From an uncultured virus (IMG/VR IMGVR_UViG_3300032456_000001) (Duplodnaviria > Heunggongvirae > Uroviricota > Caudoviricetes), in IMG/VR virus record IMGVR_UViG_3300032456_000001: 27,892 nucleotides of DNA; one strand, written 5' to 3'. The translations under genes were made by a program, and so were the position numbers. The notes beneath the pieces are model-generated. The model was not told the DNA's origin. It did not search any database and worked only from the letters and a program-made list of their open reading frames with translations. Numbering within the stretch: position 1 is the stretch's first letter; each line of letters opens with the position of its first letter. Shown here one piece after another: positions 1-10,237 of the stretch.

Positions 1-1
1 G

Positions 2-292
2 AGACTACAAGGTCAGGCGCTTCGAGCTAAAGCAGACATTACCATTGCCCAACTTCAAGGGGTGTCAGAGAAAGCTAGGGCAACAACTGATGTAGCCGTA
101 GCAGTGGCAGACACCATAGAAGTTGTCGTTACCGAGTCGCAGAGGTACTACGAAGCCGAGCAGCGAGTCAAATCTGTTGCAGCACAAGTTCTCCCTGATT
201 ATGCAGCTTTACTCTCTGGGGACAGCCCATTTAGCCGTCCCGAACAAATTGAGCAATCTCGCAATTTTCCACAACTACCTTACAGGAAATAA
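2..292 (+). CDS. Hypothetical protein, 5'-partial
   Basis: The frame of ORF 62..292 is open from position 2 (RLQGQALRAKADITIAQLQGVSEK...). Its stop is 1 nt before the next ATG. Confidence 0.7.
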   Translation, partial: RLQGQALRAKADITIAQLQGVSEKARATTDVAVAVADTIEVVVTESQRYYEAEQRVKSVAAQVLPDYAALLSGDSPFSRPEQIEQSRNFPQLPYRK

Positions 293-293
293 A

Positions 294-548
294 ATGTTTC
301 CACTCGCATTAGGATTAACTGTTTTAGTTTCGACCAACTTTCTAATTTACGCAATCAAATCTCAGTTACTAGCCGCCAATATAGGGATTATCATTCTAGG
401 GTTAGTTATCTGTTCAAATCTTTTAGCAACTCTTATGCCTACGCTGTTCTCGGAACTATGGAGCTTCCCGGTCAATAAAGTTATCGCCTACTCTATCGGG
501 TTTTGGTTTTGCATCACTTGTGGACTTATCGTAGGGGTTGCAACCTAA
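294..548 (+). CDS. Small membrane protein (about 3 TM segments)
   Basis: ATG at 294 follows the previous stop. The 84-aa product is hydrophobic (MFPLALGLTVLV...). TAATG overlap with the next gene. Confidence 0.7.
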   Translation: MFPLALGLTVLVSTNFLIYAIKSQLLAANIGIIILGLVICSNLLATLMPTLFSELWSFPVNKVIAYSIGFWFCITCGLIVGVAT

Positions 549-913
549 TGTCGAAAACGACTGAGCATTTCTTTGGAAATCTTTTTAACGAGAAAGATTT
601 CAACGCTCTAACCACCAAAACAACCGTAGCAATATCCATATCTGGTGGTGCGTGGTTAGGAAGTCTATTCTTTGGTGGCAAACCATCAAACCTTAAAACG
701 GCAAGTCTGTTGCTTGCTATTGCCATAGGAGTTTTGGCAAGCTCGTTAGCGCTCAAAAGACAGAAGTTAGTACGGAAAAAAGCCGTAATGATGCAGGTGG
801 AAAACAACGACTTCCTGCAAAAGACAGGTGTTCTCACTGGGTTAAACGCAGAGCTAACAACAAAGCACCTAGAAGAGTGCTTGAAGCAAGATGTCAAGCC
901 AAATTCTAAATAG
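548..913 (+). CDS. Membrane protein (2 TM segments, basic C-terminal region)
   Basis: ATG at 548 is coupled to the upstream stop. Two hydrophobic stretches are followed by KRQKLVRKK. Confidence 0.7.
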   Translation: MSKTTEHFFGNLFNEKDFNALTTKTTVAISISGGAWLGSLFFGGKPSNLKTASLLLAIAIGVLASSLALKRQKLVRKKAVMMQVENNDFLQKTGVLTGLNAELTTKHLEECLKQDVKPNSK

Positions 914-924
914 CAGGAGAGCGA

Positions 925-1443
925 ATGGATTTATTTCAAAGGATTGTCGATGTCTGGGCACCGCCAGTTAAACAAGGTAATACCACTGAATCAGTACCTA
1001 CTGAAACCGCTAGCAGACAAAGGATAGACTCAGGTTCGAGCCTTGAAAATCAAATATTGATTGAGGTCAATAAGTACAGAGAGAGTCGAAACCTCAATCC
1101 CTTGACAATGGATGCAAGACTTAGCGAGATTGCTACCAACCACAGTAGGTGGATGGATAAAAGCAGTCGCTTAACTCACGATGGCTGGAATGAGGCAAGG
1201 GGCCCGCAAGTTATGAAATCTTTTGCGAGAGCCGGAGAAAACTTGGCGGGTGGAGAGTGTTACGATTTTCAATTTTCCGAGCAACGCACATTGATTGTCC
1301 CTGGCTGGATAAACAGTTCAGGACATCACACAGTAATGATTCAACCTTATTTCACGCATACCGGAATTGGTATTTCCATCTCACGACTCCAGGGTGATGA
1401 TGGAAGAATCAATTATTTTGCAACTCAAATATTTGGAGCGTAA
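925..1443 (+). CDS. CAP/SCP-domain (YkwD-like) protein
   Basis: CAP motifs VNKYRESRNLNPL, HSRWM, GENL, WINSSGH and HTGIG; AGGAG RBS upstream. Confidence 0.9.
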   Translation: MDLFQRIVDVWAPPVKQGNTTESVPTETASRQRIDSGSSLENQILIEVNKYRESRNLNPLTMDARLSEIATNHSRWMDKSSRLTHDGWNEARGPQVMKSFARAGENLAGGECYDFQFSEQRTLIVPGWINSSGHHTVMIQPYFTHTGIGISISRLQGDDGRINYFATQIFGA

Positions 1444-1448
1444 AAGCA

Positions 1449-2399
1449 ATGTTCAATAAAAAAAATCTTGAGAAATCAGAAATCTCAAGAGACGAAATCG
1501 AGAAAATGTTAAAAATTGTCCACTCCGGCGACGTACATCGAGAACGAGGGGGACTTTTCAAAACAGACGGCACGGTAACAGAAGAACCTAATACGGGTGG
1601 CAGGTTCTGTCGAAGTATGCTCATTTTGGACACCGACTCGTTTGACTGGGATAAAGTTAAAGCACTTTGGATTAGCAACGAAATTGAACCGGAAGAGGGG
1701 TATTTCGATGAATGTTGTAGCCGTTGTGTAACAGCACGAGAAGCTAAAGTGAAAGCCCCTAGACTGGATTTTGTCACTCCAGCTCAAGGAAATTGGGCGG
1801 ATGCCTTTAAGATTCCGCTGGCGGTGTACCAAGCTGAAAGTCCGACAATACTTGGAAGTTTCGACTACTATGACCCAACCGGGGAAACGTTGGGAGTTAA
1901 TTTCTACCCTTGGTCAGAACAGGCAGGAATTGCGCGAAAAGACCCTAAGCTATTAACGGCAACTGCTTTAAAAGCCGTAGAGTTTATCAAAGCAAGGGAG
2001 GCTCAAATAACTGAAGAATGGATGGCTCTAAGACAAGAGTACGCCACTCAAGAAAGGCGTTGCATGGAAGCAGCCGAACAGGCCTTGAAAGAGTTGGAGC
2101 CGTTGAGTGTTGACTACGCAAACGCAGTGGAGAAAATTAAGCGTTACGGTGGTCAATCTCCGCGCCAACCCAACTATCAGGAGTGGCGAAACCTGCATAT
2201 CGAAACGGGTTTCAACTCTCAAAATCAATCGCAGCAAGCCAGCCAAGCAAAACAAGTTGCCCAGATTAGGCAGCAATTGCTGTCTCCATCACCCGACGCT
2301 TTTGAATTTCCTTCTGAGTTGCCGGAGAAGATTGGTATCCCAGTTCAGGCTTATTCCAATTGGAACAAGCAGTGTCACGCTAAAAATATGGCGCGTTAG
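1449..2399 (+). CDS. Hypothetical protein (coiled-coil, Q-rich C-terminus)
   Basis: 316-aa ORF starting 5 nt after the previous stop. Confidence 0.8.
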   Translation: MFNKKNLEKSEISRDEIEKMLKIVHSGDVHRERGGLFKTDGTVTEEPNTGGRFCRSMLILDTDSFDWDKVKALWISNEIEPEEGYFDECCSRCVTAREAKVKAPRLDFVTPAQGNWADAFKIPLAVYQAESPTILGSFDYYDPTGETLGVNFYPWSEQAGIARKDPKLLTATALKAVEFIKAREAQITEEWMALRQEYATQERRCMEAAEQALKELEPLSVDYANAVEKIKRYGGQSPRQPNYQEWRNLHIETGFNSQNQSQQASQAKQVAQIRQQLLSPSPDAFEFPSELPEKIGIPVQAYSNWNKQCHAKNMAR

Positions 2400-2474
2400 T
2401 TACTGAATTCCTTTTATACTCAGTCAAAAGTGGGTCAATTTCAATTATTACAATAGCTTCAAGGGGAGTGAACA

Positions 2475-2732
2475 ATGCCGGGAGATACAAGCATATTTGA
2501 TGTTGCCGTCAAGCTGTGGGGAATTAACTTAGAAAAGCTTTCACCTGAATACAGGTCAGGATTAATGCAAGACTTGCAAGACTCTCTAGCAACGGGTGGC
2601 TGTTTTGAAGATGAAGGTTTTTTGTCTGTACCTTGCGAGAGTGGAGCAATTACTATTAAGCCGCTAACTTGGTTCAGGTCAAGAAGAGAAGCATTGGAAC
2701 TGATAATGATGATTAATCGCCTAGAAGGATAA
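2475..2732 (+). CDS. Hypothetical protein
   Basis: 85-aa ORF with GGGGAG RBS. Confidence 0.7.
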   Translation: MPGDTSIFDVAVKLWGINLEKLSPEYRSGLMQDLQDSLATGGCFEDEGFLSVPCESGAITIKPLTWFRSRREALELIMMINRLEG

Positions 2733-2737
2733 AACAA

Positions 2738-3040
2738 TTGAGTATCAACACCATCGCCGGAGATATGCGCGACTATCCCGTCCAACCTCGTCCCTGCCTA
2801 ACTTGCCCATTTGAAGGCAAAGAACCTGTACAACTTTCACCAGGAGCTTACGCCAAATATATTCAGAATTTAATGGGAGAGGGGCAACATATCTGCCACA
2901 ATAGCAACGGTACTCGCATTTGCAGAGGCGGACGAAACATCCAATTAAGATGGCTTTGCGCGACTGGGCAGCTAGCAAAACCTACCGATGAAGCCTTCGA
3001 CCAAGCTATTGTTGATGCAATAGAAAATAGGGAAAGGTGA
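2738..3040 (+). CDS. Cys/His-rich hypothetical phage protein, probably zinc-binding
   Basis: PCLTCPF...ICH...CRG pattern. Start is TTG at 2738 or ATG at 2765. Confidence 0.7.
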   Translation: MSINTIAGDMRDYPVQPRPCLTCPFEGKEPVQLSPGAYAKYIQNLMGEGQHICHNSNGTRICRGGRNIQLRWLCATGQLAKPTDEAFDQAIVDAIENRER

Positions 3041-3104
3041 TACATTAATACTGTAAACAATATTGCAGAGACACATCCCTGAGAGAAATCTTGGGGTTCC
3101 TTGT

Positions 3105-3293
3105 ATGAAGACAAAAAACAAACCACCCGGTAATCACTGTGCCGTTTGCAATAATAAAATTGTTATAAAACCAAACGAGTCGGTGTGCCGTTTTAAGTGG
3201 CTAAATTATAAAGGTCAACTTTCAACAATTCACGCTTGCAATAATTGTATATCACCCGACAACAACGAAAACAATCAAGCCTCAATCGTCTAA
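3105..3293 (+). CDS. Small CxxC...CxxC zinc-finger-like protein
   Basis: ATG at 3105; CAVC and CNNC motifs in 62 aa. Confidence 0.45.
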   Translation: MKTKNKPPGNHCAVCNNKIVIKPNESVCRFKWLNYKGQLSTIHACNNCISPDNNENNQASIV

Positions 3294-3393
3294 GTGCTAA
3301 TTAAATTCTATACCGCTGCAACTCAACAAATAACTTATAATTGTTTGCCTTGTTTTGTTGACTCTAAGGATAGTTATTTATGATTACTGCCTT

Positions 3394-6300
3394 GTGGTTA
3401 CATCAGTAGGGTCAGTTTTATTTAGTGTAGGAGTTGATGCGTCAGGATTGGGAAGAAGTCTTGACGAAGCTCGTCGGAGCGTGGGAAACCCAAGCATAAA
3501 CATTCCCCTAATTATTGTTCCGCCTAGAATCCCAGAAATCCCGCCCATAGTTGTCCCGCCCATAATTGTTCCACCTATAGAGATTCCGCCAATAGACACA
3601 GCCGCTGCAATTGCTGGATTTCAGGCGTTGGCGGATGCAGCAAAATTTACCTTTGGGACTATAAAAGGGTTTGCAGAAGAAGGAATTAATACTTACAAAG
3701 GCTTTGAAGGCTCTCTTAACTCATTCCGTGCGGCAGCAGGTGCGAGTGCCGAAGAAGTAGCAGCACTTGAAAGAGAAGCGGTGTCTATTGGAATCGCGAC
3801 AACTAAAACAAGCAACGAGTCGGCAGAGGCTGCTGTTGAATTGGCAAAGCTGGGTTTCAGCGCTAAAGATACCGCTAAAAACTTACGCGGCTTAGTCGCA
3901 ATGGCAGAAGCCTCTGGCGCTAGTGTTAAAGTATCTGCTTCAGTTGTTGGTGCTGCTACCACTATTTACGGCAGAAGTGCCAACGAAATTGCAAACGTAG
4001 TTTCAGCCACGGCGGCGGCTGGTGCGATTGATGCGCCTGACTTTCTGCAAATATTGTCTCAAGCTGGTGCAGTTGCAAAAGCAAACAATCAAGACTTAGA
4101 AACCTTAGCAACAACTTTTAGTTTAGTTAGAGATGCCGGATTTAGTGCCTCAACTGCCGCCACAGCGGTAAAAACAGTTATTGGCAGACTTTCAGCACCT
4201 TCTACAAAAGAAGCGTCTGAAGCCATGAAAAAACTAGGGGTAGATATCCGAGATTCTACAACCGGAGAAATGCGAAATCTGGTTGAGTTAGTTCCAGAGT
4301 TTCGTTCTGCCCTTAATAAAATGCGACCAGACGAAAAGGCCAGTTTGGTAAGAATAATCTTTGGAGATGAAGGCGGGCCAGCCTTTCTTGGTTTACTAGG
4401 TCAAACTCAAGACAAAATAGACAAAACTTATACAAAAATCAAAAACGCTCAAAAAGGAGATTCTGGCGCAGGCTCAGCTATTGAACAACAAAAACAGTTA
4501 CAACAAGGTTTGGGGAATGCTACGGAACAGTTAAGTGGAAGTATAGACGCTCTAAAATTACAATTAGGAAAATCTCTTGCACCTTCACTAGCCGCAGCAG
4601 CAACAGCCGCCAATTCGCTTTTAGGTGTTTTTTTAAGTGCACCTGCACCAGTTCAAACATTAATTGGTGGAACAATCGCCCTTGTTACGGCTACATCTGG
4701 GTTGATTGTTGGCTATACCATTCTTGAGAAATTGCAGATTATCAAAACTGCACAAGAAATCGCCGGAGCCGCTGCAACTACTGCCGGAATTGTTGTTACA
4801 AAAGCTGCCGCTGCTGCTAAAACGGTTTACGCTTTAGCTACTACCCAAGTTACAGTTGCGATGGTCACAAATAATGCGGCAATGGCAGTTACCCAAATTC
4901 GGTTAGTAGCAATGACGGCGAACTATCTTCGCGCAACCATTGTAACTAACTTATTTGGGACATCCTCTTACTTTGCTGCTGTTGGTCTTGGTGGTATGGC
5001 AACTAGCGCTGCCTTGGCATTAGCACCTCTTGCAGCGTTGGGTGCAGCCATTGGATTGATTGCTATTGTCCAAAAAACTCAGGAAATGAAGGGGCTTAAC
5101 GTTGCGCTTGATGACCTACGAGCCAACACTGACATTGTGGGCAAGGCTGGAGTGGGTAGCGCTCAAGACTTAGGCAATGCTCAACGCACCCGTGCCAAAG
5201 CCACAACAGAAGGGCGAGGGTTGACAACGGTTGAGAAAGAAGCTGAGAAAAAAGCTTTAAAACGCGCAGATAATACTTTACCCCTGCTAGATAAACAATT
5301 AGAAGAAGCCAACGCCGTCCCCGAAGCCAAGGCAGGATTATTTGGCATAGGCGGAAACGAAGCCGAAGCTCAAAACAATGCGCGAAATGCTGCAATTGGT
5401 CAAATTAAAATGCAGATTGACCAAGTTAATCGGCAGAAAAAGTCAATTCAAGAATCAATTGAACTTGACAAGAAAAAAGCTGTACAGCAGGAAAAAGCAA
5501 AACCTACAGTTAACTCAGTTACAGAGGCAATTAAGAAACAATCAACAGCGCTTGAGGAAAAAGTCCTAAAGCAAAAATTTGCGATTGAAAGTGATTTGAC
5601 TGCTGGCAAAATCAATGAAAAAGAAGCCGCTAAAAGGCGGGCGGCAATCGAGTTACAAGCGGCAACAGACAAAGCAAGCTTTGCCAATAAGTCTGTTAAA
5701 AGTTTAGGCGACGCAAAGAAAGAGAAACCTGAAGATTTGGAGAAGCTGAAAGAAACTCAGAAAAAAGCCCAAGAGGAACTACTAAAGGCTCAACAAGAGG
5801 CTAACAAAACTCGTGCAGCGGCAGAGGAAGACCGGAAAAAGAAACAGTTAGACTCGTTTGAGGATAAGTTTAAAGGTAAACAGCAATCCATCCAAAAAGA
5901 CACGAGCGGTGCGACCTTAGAAGCTAAGCAGGCAGAGTTAGGCGGTACAAGTGCTGAAGCTACCTCTAAAAAAATTGAGGCAATTCAACAATCTCAGACT
6001 CGAAAAGAGATTGGACTACTAACTCAAAAACTAGCGGCTACCAAACAGTTGCAAGCCTCTGGCGTAATCACTGCCAAAGAGTCTGCTGACAGACAGGCTC
6101 AAATTGAGGAAGAGTTAACCAACAAAACTCTCGCATTAGTTGAAAAGCAAATCGTCGCCAAACGTAAAGCTGCCGTTGATGCGATTGAAGCGCGACTGTC
6201 CGAGCAAAGGTTACCTCTTGAACGGCAGGCGGCTGATTTAGGAGTTAAATCTCAAGACTTAGATTTGTCTGCTAAACAAGCTTCGGCGGCTGGAGGGGTT

Positions 6301-9300
6301 GACGATGCTCAATCCAAGTTAGACCAACAGCGTCTCGGTTTTCAGTTGCAGATTGCAGAACTCGCTGGAAACACCGCAAAACAGGAGGAGTTGAAAGAGG
6401 CAATTTATCAGAAACAGGTTAGTCATCTTGTAGCCTCTCAGGCACAGCAACGGGCTAGCGTAGGACTCGCACGTAAACAGCAGGAAATCGAGCTACAACG
6501 TCAAGAGATTTCAGCCAAGATTGCAATCATTGAGGCTCAGGCAGCTTTAGCTAAAGCTGTGGCGACAGGAGCCTCAACAGAGGAAGTTGCTGGATTAAAG
6601 CAAGCGCTAGGATTGCGAGGTCAGGCAGCCGCTCAAATTGGCAAAGTCAGAGCAAGCCAAGCTCAAGTCAATGCACTTGAAGATAAAAAGCTGTCTATTG
6701 AGCAGCGGACGACCAAGGAAAACTTAGAGCAAGGTCGAGCGATTGAGAAACAAAAAGAAGCTAGGCAGAAAGCTCTAGAGCAGATTGAACAAGCTGCCAA
6801 AGTTCAAGAGCGTACCAGTAAACTGGCAACCACAAATGAAACCCTTGGCGTTCGCAAGGCTGAACTTTCTGGCAGTATTTCAGCACAAGAAGCCGCCAAG
6901 CAAATTGAAGCAATTGGCGTTAAAACTGCTGAACGCGAACGCGGAATTTTAGAAAGTAAGTTGACAACCACGCGCCAAATGCGAGCGCAGGGCTTAATCT
7001 CTGTTAAGGAAGCCGCAGACCGCGAAGCACAGATTCAGCAAGATTTAACACAAGCAAGTCTCAACCTAATCGAGAAAGAACTCGCAGCCAAGAAAAAGGC
7101 GGCAACCGACGCAATTGAAGCACGGCTGTCTGAGCAGAAGCTACCTCTTGAGAAGCAAGCAGCCGATTTGGGGGTCAAGGGTCAAGACTTAGAATTAGTT
7201 GCGAAAAAACAAGGTGCAATAACTGGGGTACTAGAGGCTCAATCCAAACTAGACCAGCAACGATTAGGTTTTCAGTTACAATTGGCAGACCTCGCTAGTA
7301 ATACTGTTCAGCAAGAGCAACTGAAAGAAGCGATTTATCAACAGCAGTTAAAGTCCCTTGCTCAGTCACAAGAACAGCAAAAAGCAAATGTTGGACTAGC
7401 TCGTCAGCAGCAAGCCATCGAGTTACAGCGCCAGGAGATTACCGCAAAAATTGGTATTCTGGAAGCCGAAGCATCGTTAGCCAAAGCTAAAGCAACTGGT
7501 GCATCTAGTGGAGAGATTGCAGCCCTCAGTCAGGCTCTAGGACTACGGAATCAGGCACTCGGACAAATCAGTAAAGTCCGTTCTGCACAATCTGAAATCA
7601 ATAGTCTTGAAGACAAGAAACTGGCAATTGAGCAAAAGGCGACTCGTGAAAACCTAGAACAAACTCGCGCCATTGAAAAACAGAAAGAAGCCAAACAAAA
7701 AATAGTTGAAAAAATTGAAGAAGCTCTCAAAGTTCAAGAGCGTATCAGTAAGTTAACGACTACAACTGATACCTTGGCAATCCGTAAAGCCGAACTTGCT
7801 GGGGGATTATCAGCAGAAGATGCCGCTAAACAGATTGAAGCCGTCCAACTCAAAACAGCAGGGCGCGAGATTATCATCCTGCAAAATAAGTTAGTTGCAA
7901 CCCGTCAACTACGCGCTCAGGGCGTTATTTCTGCCAAAGAAGCCGCAAACAGAGAAGGGCAAATCCAGCAAGAATTAGCAGGTGCAAACCTTGGGCTGAT
8001 TGAGAAGCAGTTAGAAGCCAAGCGCAAAGCAGCCACCCTAGCAATTGAAATTCAATTAGCCGCGCAAAAACTAAGTCTTGAGAACGAGCTAAACACTCTT
8101 GACAGTCAGAAGTTTGGACTAGATCAACAGTCGCGCAAACAGGCAGCAGCGGGTGGTCTTACTTCTGCGGTATCCGACCTTGACAAGCAACGGTTGGAAT
8201 TCCAACTTGCTCTTGCAGATGCGTCCGGCGATGCCACCAGAGCTGAAGGAATTAAAAAGCAGATTTATGACCAGCAAGTAGCATCACTCGCAGTTCAGCA
8301 ACAAGCTCAACAGCAGTCACTAGCTATTAGCCAGAAACAGCAAGCAATCGAACTACAGCGCCAAAAAATTCAAGCTCAGATTGCCTTGTTTGAGTCTCAG
8401 GCGGCGGTTGAGAAAGCTAAGGCAACGGGTGCAGCGCCTCGCGAAATTGCAGCGTTAAAACAGGTTCAAGGTTTTCGAGAACAAGCACTCGCTCAAGTTG
8501 GGGAATCCGAAAAAGCTCAAAGTGAAATCAACCAACTTGAGCAGCAGCGGCTAAACATCGAACAACAAGGGGGACGGGAACGCCTAACACAGCAACAACA
8601 ACTTGAGGAAGTTCGCAAAGCAGCGCAAACCAAAAAAGACTCTGGTGGCAGTCTTAGTTCGACAAGCTCTGTACAGTCGTCAAATGTTTTTGATGCGTTT
8701 GGCAACGCAAAACCCGCTCTTGATCAAGTTAAAGTTGCCAAAGAGGTAGAGGACAAGAAACAGCAGCAAACCTTAACTGTCACCGCTCAAACTGCGATTA
8801 TTCAAGCTTTGGGAGCCGTACAAGCTGAAGGGTTAAAAGGTTTAGGGTTTGAAGCTCCCAAGGCTGCACCTGTTGCTGAAATGACTCCCGACTGGCTCAA
8901 AGGCATCAGTGCTGAAATTGGCAAACCTTTAGAAATCGCTAAGTCACTGCCAATTTTTGACGTTCCTGTTGACACCGTTTCAGCGGTTCCCGATGTTGAA
9001 ACAGCGAACAAATCCCTTGTAGCCGCTCAGAAGGCGATGGAGGATTATACTAAGAAATGGAATGCCGAAGCTAGAGCCGAAAACGAATTAGCGGCTCGTG
9101 ATTTCGCAAAAAGAAAAGGTATTAATTTCAATACCGAGGAAGGTAAGGTCAATGCTGCAATTGGAACAGCCGAGGAAGCCACCTTGGGAGGTTTGCGCGA
9201 AGCGAAAGCAGCAATGGAGCAGTTTGGGAAACCCGTTAATGGAGCTTTGAAAACATTTGAAGGTGGCCAGACTCCTATAACTGAACTTCAACGTTTGCAA

Positions 9301-9648
9301 CAACAATTAGACGAGGCAAGAGGGAATCAAGTCAAGGCTGAAGGAGAGGCAAACAAACCTAAAGGATTAGAGGCAACTGTTACTAGGATTTATGAGATAT
9401 TAGCAAAAAGATTAGGTGATGTAGCTCCATCTAATCAGCCCCCAATTGCTCCAAAGATTGATACCGAGGTCAAGCAAATTACAATGTCCCTAGAAGAAAC
9501 AGCAGGCAATATTTACAACTTACTCGAAACTATCTCGGACAAGTTAACTGGAATGGGTAAAGGCGGTGTCGGAAACCTTACTGTCGTTTCCCAGAATCCA
9601 GTAGCCGAATGTGCTGAAATCTTAAGCGCACTGGGTAGGAGAAGATAA
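3394..9648 (+). CDS. Phage tail tape measure protein (TP901-type core)
   Basis: Ala-rich N-terminal TMP core (ESAEAAVELAKLGF, GFSASTAATAVKT, IFGDEGG), hydrophobic segments, then a long coiled coil. GTG at 3394 is the likely start; the ORF is open from TTG at 3355. Confidence 0.95.
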   Translation: MVTSVGSVLFSVGVDASGLGRSLDEARRSVGNPSINIPLIIVPPRIPEIPPIVVPPIIVPPIEIPPIDTAAAIAGFQALADAAKFTFGTIKGFAEEGINTYKGFEGSLNSFRAAAGASAEEVAALEREAVSIGIATTKTSNESAEAAVELAKLGFSAKDTAKNLRGLVAMAEASGASVKVSASVVGAATTIYGRSANEIANVVSATAAAGAIDAPDFLQILSQAGAVAKANNQDLETLATTFSLVRDAGFSASTAATAVKTVIGRLSAPSTKEASEAMKKLGVDIRDSTTGEMRNLVELVPEFRSALNKMRPDEKASLVRIIFGDEGGPAFLGLLGQTQDKIDKTYTKIKNAQKGDSGAGSAIEQQKQLQQGLGNATEQLSGSIDALKLQLGKSLAPSLAAAATAANSLLGVFLSAPAPVQTLIGGTIALVTATSGLIVGYTILEKLQIIKTAQEIAGAAATTAGIVVTKAAAAAKTVYALATTQVTVAMVTNNAAMAVTQIRLVAMTANYLRATIVTNLFGTSSYFAAVGLGGMATSAALALAPLAALGAAIGLIAIVQKTQEMKGLNVALDDLRANTDIVGKAGVGSAQDLGNAQRTRAKATTEGRGLTTVEKEAEKKALKRADNTLPLLDKQLEEANAVPEAKAGLFGIGGNEAEAQNNARNAAIGQIKMQIDQVNRQKKSIQESIELDKKKAVQQEKAKPTVNSVTEAIKKQSTALEEKVLKQKFAIESDLTAGKINEKEAAKRRAAIELQAATDKASFANKSVKSLGDAKKEKPEDLEKLKETQKKAQEELLKAQQEANKTRAAAEEDRKKKQLDSFEDKFKGKQQSIQKDTSGATLEAKQAELGGTSAEATSKKIEAIQQSQTRKEIGLLTQKLAATKQLQASGVITAKESADRQAQIEEELTNKTLALVEKQIVAKRKAAVDAIEARLSEQRLPLERQAADLGVKSQDLDLSAKQASAAGGVDDAQSKLDQQRLGFQLQIAELAGNTAKQEELKEAIYQKQVSHLVASQAQQRASVGLARKQQEIELQRQEISAKIAIIEAQAALAKAVATGASTEEVAGLKQALGLRGQAAAQIGKVRASQAQVNALEDKKLSIEQRTTKENLEQGRAIEKQKEARQKALEQIEQAAKVQERTSKLATTNETLGVRKAELSGSISAQEAAKQIEAIGVKTAERERGILESKLTTTRQMRAQGLISVKEAADREAQIQQDLTQASLNLIEKELAAKKKAATDAIEARLSEQKLPLEKQAADLGVKGQDLELVAKKQGAITGVLEAQSKLDQQRLGFQLQLADLASNTVQQEQLKEAIYQQQLKSLAQSQEQQKANVGLARQQQAIELQRQEITAKIGILEAEASLAKAKATGASSGEIAALSQALGLRNQALGQISKVRSAQSEINSLEDKKLAIEQKATRENLEQTRAIEKQKEAKQKIVEKIEEALKVQERISKLTTTTDTLAIRKAELAGGLSAEDAAKQIEAVQLKTAGREIIILQNKLVATRQLRAQGVISAKEAANREGQIQQELAGANLGLIEKQLEAKRKAATLAIEIQLAAQKLSLENELNTLDSQKFGLDQQSRKQAAAGGLTSAVSDLDKQRLEFQLALADASGDATRAEGIKKQIYDQQVASLAVQQQAQQQSLAISQKQQAIELQRQKIQAQIALFESQAAVEKAKATGAAPREIAALKQVQGFREQALAQVGESEKAQSEINQLEQQRLNIEQQGGRERLTQQQQLEEVRKAAQTKKDSGGSLSSTSSVQSSNVFDAFGNAKPALDQVKVAKEVEDKKQQQTLTVTAQTAIIQALGAVQAEGLKGLGFEAPKAAPVAEMTPDWLKGISAEIGKPLEIAKSLPIFDVPVDTVSAVPDVETANKSLVAAQKAMEDYTKKWNAEARAENELAARDFAKRKGINFNTEEGKVNAAIGTAEEATLGGLREAKAAMEQFGKPVNGALKTFEGGQTPITELQRLQQQLDEARGNQVKAEGEANKPKGLEATVTRIYEILAKRLGDVAPSNQPPIAPKIDTEVKQITMSLEETAGNIYNLLETISDKLTGMGKGGVGNLTVVSQNPVAECAEILSALGRRR
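5840..8628 (+). repeat. Three diverged tandem repeats (930 bp / 310 aa) inside the tape measure gene
   Basis: AIEARLSEQ / AIEARLSEQ / AIEIQLAAQ start at 6181, 7111 and 8041, an exact 930-bp period. Outer boundaries are approximate. Confidence 0.9.
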
Positions 9649-10139
9649 TGCCATATCCAACAATAGAAGATTATCCATACCTAAGACTTGAAATCGACAC
9701 TCTTATGGTAACTCTAAGGAACTTGCCAAGCTACTCTAGAAAGTTATTGCACGGGGCTAAGATAGATTACGCCTTTAGTGGCAACGCATTCATAAAGCGA
9801 ACGCCGCATGAAGCAAAACACCTGTGGAATGTGACTGTATTGGCTTCTTGGGAAGAGAGGAATCAGTTTTGGTCGGTAGTCAGACGCGCAGACAGTAAAA
9901 TATTTGTTCCACCTTTTGACGGATATAAAATTATATTGAGTGATGTATTTCTCAGTTTGACAGAGCCTGTTACTACCCGTCTACTAGCAGACCCATTCAT
10001 CAATAGTCAGAGCGGATATGTCGAATATTTTGCTAAGTTCTTAGTCGGGATTGACCTGTCTACCATTGAAGAGAAGGCGATAGGAGAGTTGATGGAATTG
10101 AGTTTTGTAATGAGCGAATTAGAAAAACTAGCCGTGTGA
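9648..10139 (+). CDS. Putative distal tail (Dit-like) protein
   Basis: 163 aa, coupled to the TMP stop (TAATG). The functional call rests on position only. Confidence 0.6.
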   Translation: MPYPTIEDYPYLRLEIDTLMVTLRNLPSYSRKLLHGAKIDYAFSGNAFIKRTPHEAKHLWNVTVLASWEERNQFWSVVRRADSKIFVPPFDGYKIILSDVFLSLTEPVTTRLLADPFINSQSGYVEYFAKFLVGIDLSTIEEKAIGELMELSFVMSELEKLAV

Positions 10140-10237
10140 ACTGCTAAGAATCTTGCAAGCAGATTTACGCTGTTGTTAATGATCAAATCCCCGTGCACGA
10201 TTGTCGGCGCGGGTAGTTTTCTAGGGAACCCCGTCGG

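Noticed and set aside
294..913. Holin or lysis cassette
   Set aside because: The hydrophobicity fits, but no endolysin is present in the window and no diagnostic motif was recognised.
3384..9306. Short alternative-frame and antisense ORFs within the tape measure gene, and similar ones within other long CDSs
   Set aside because: They are fully nested in well-supported genes and show no RBS or recognisable motifs.
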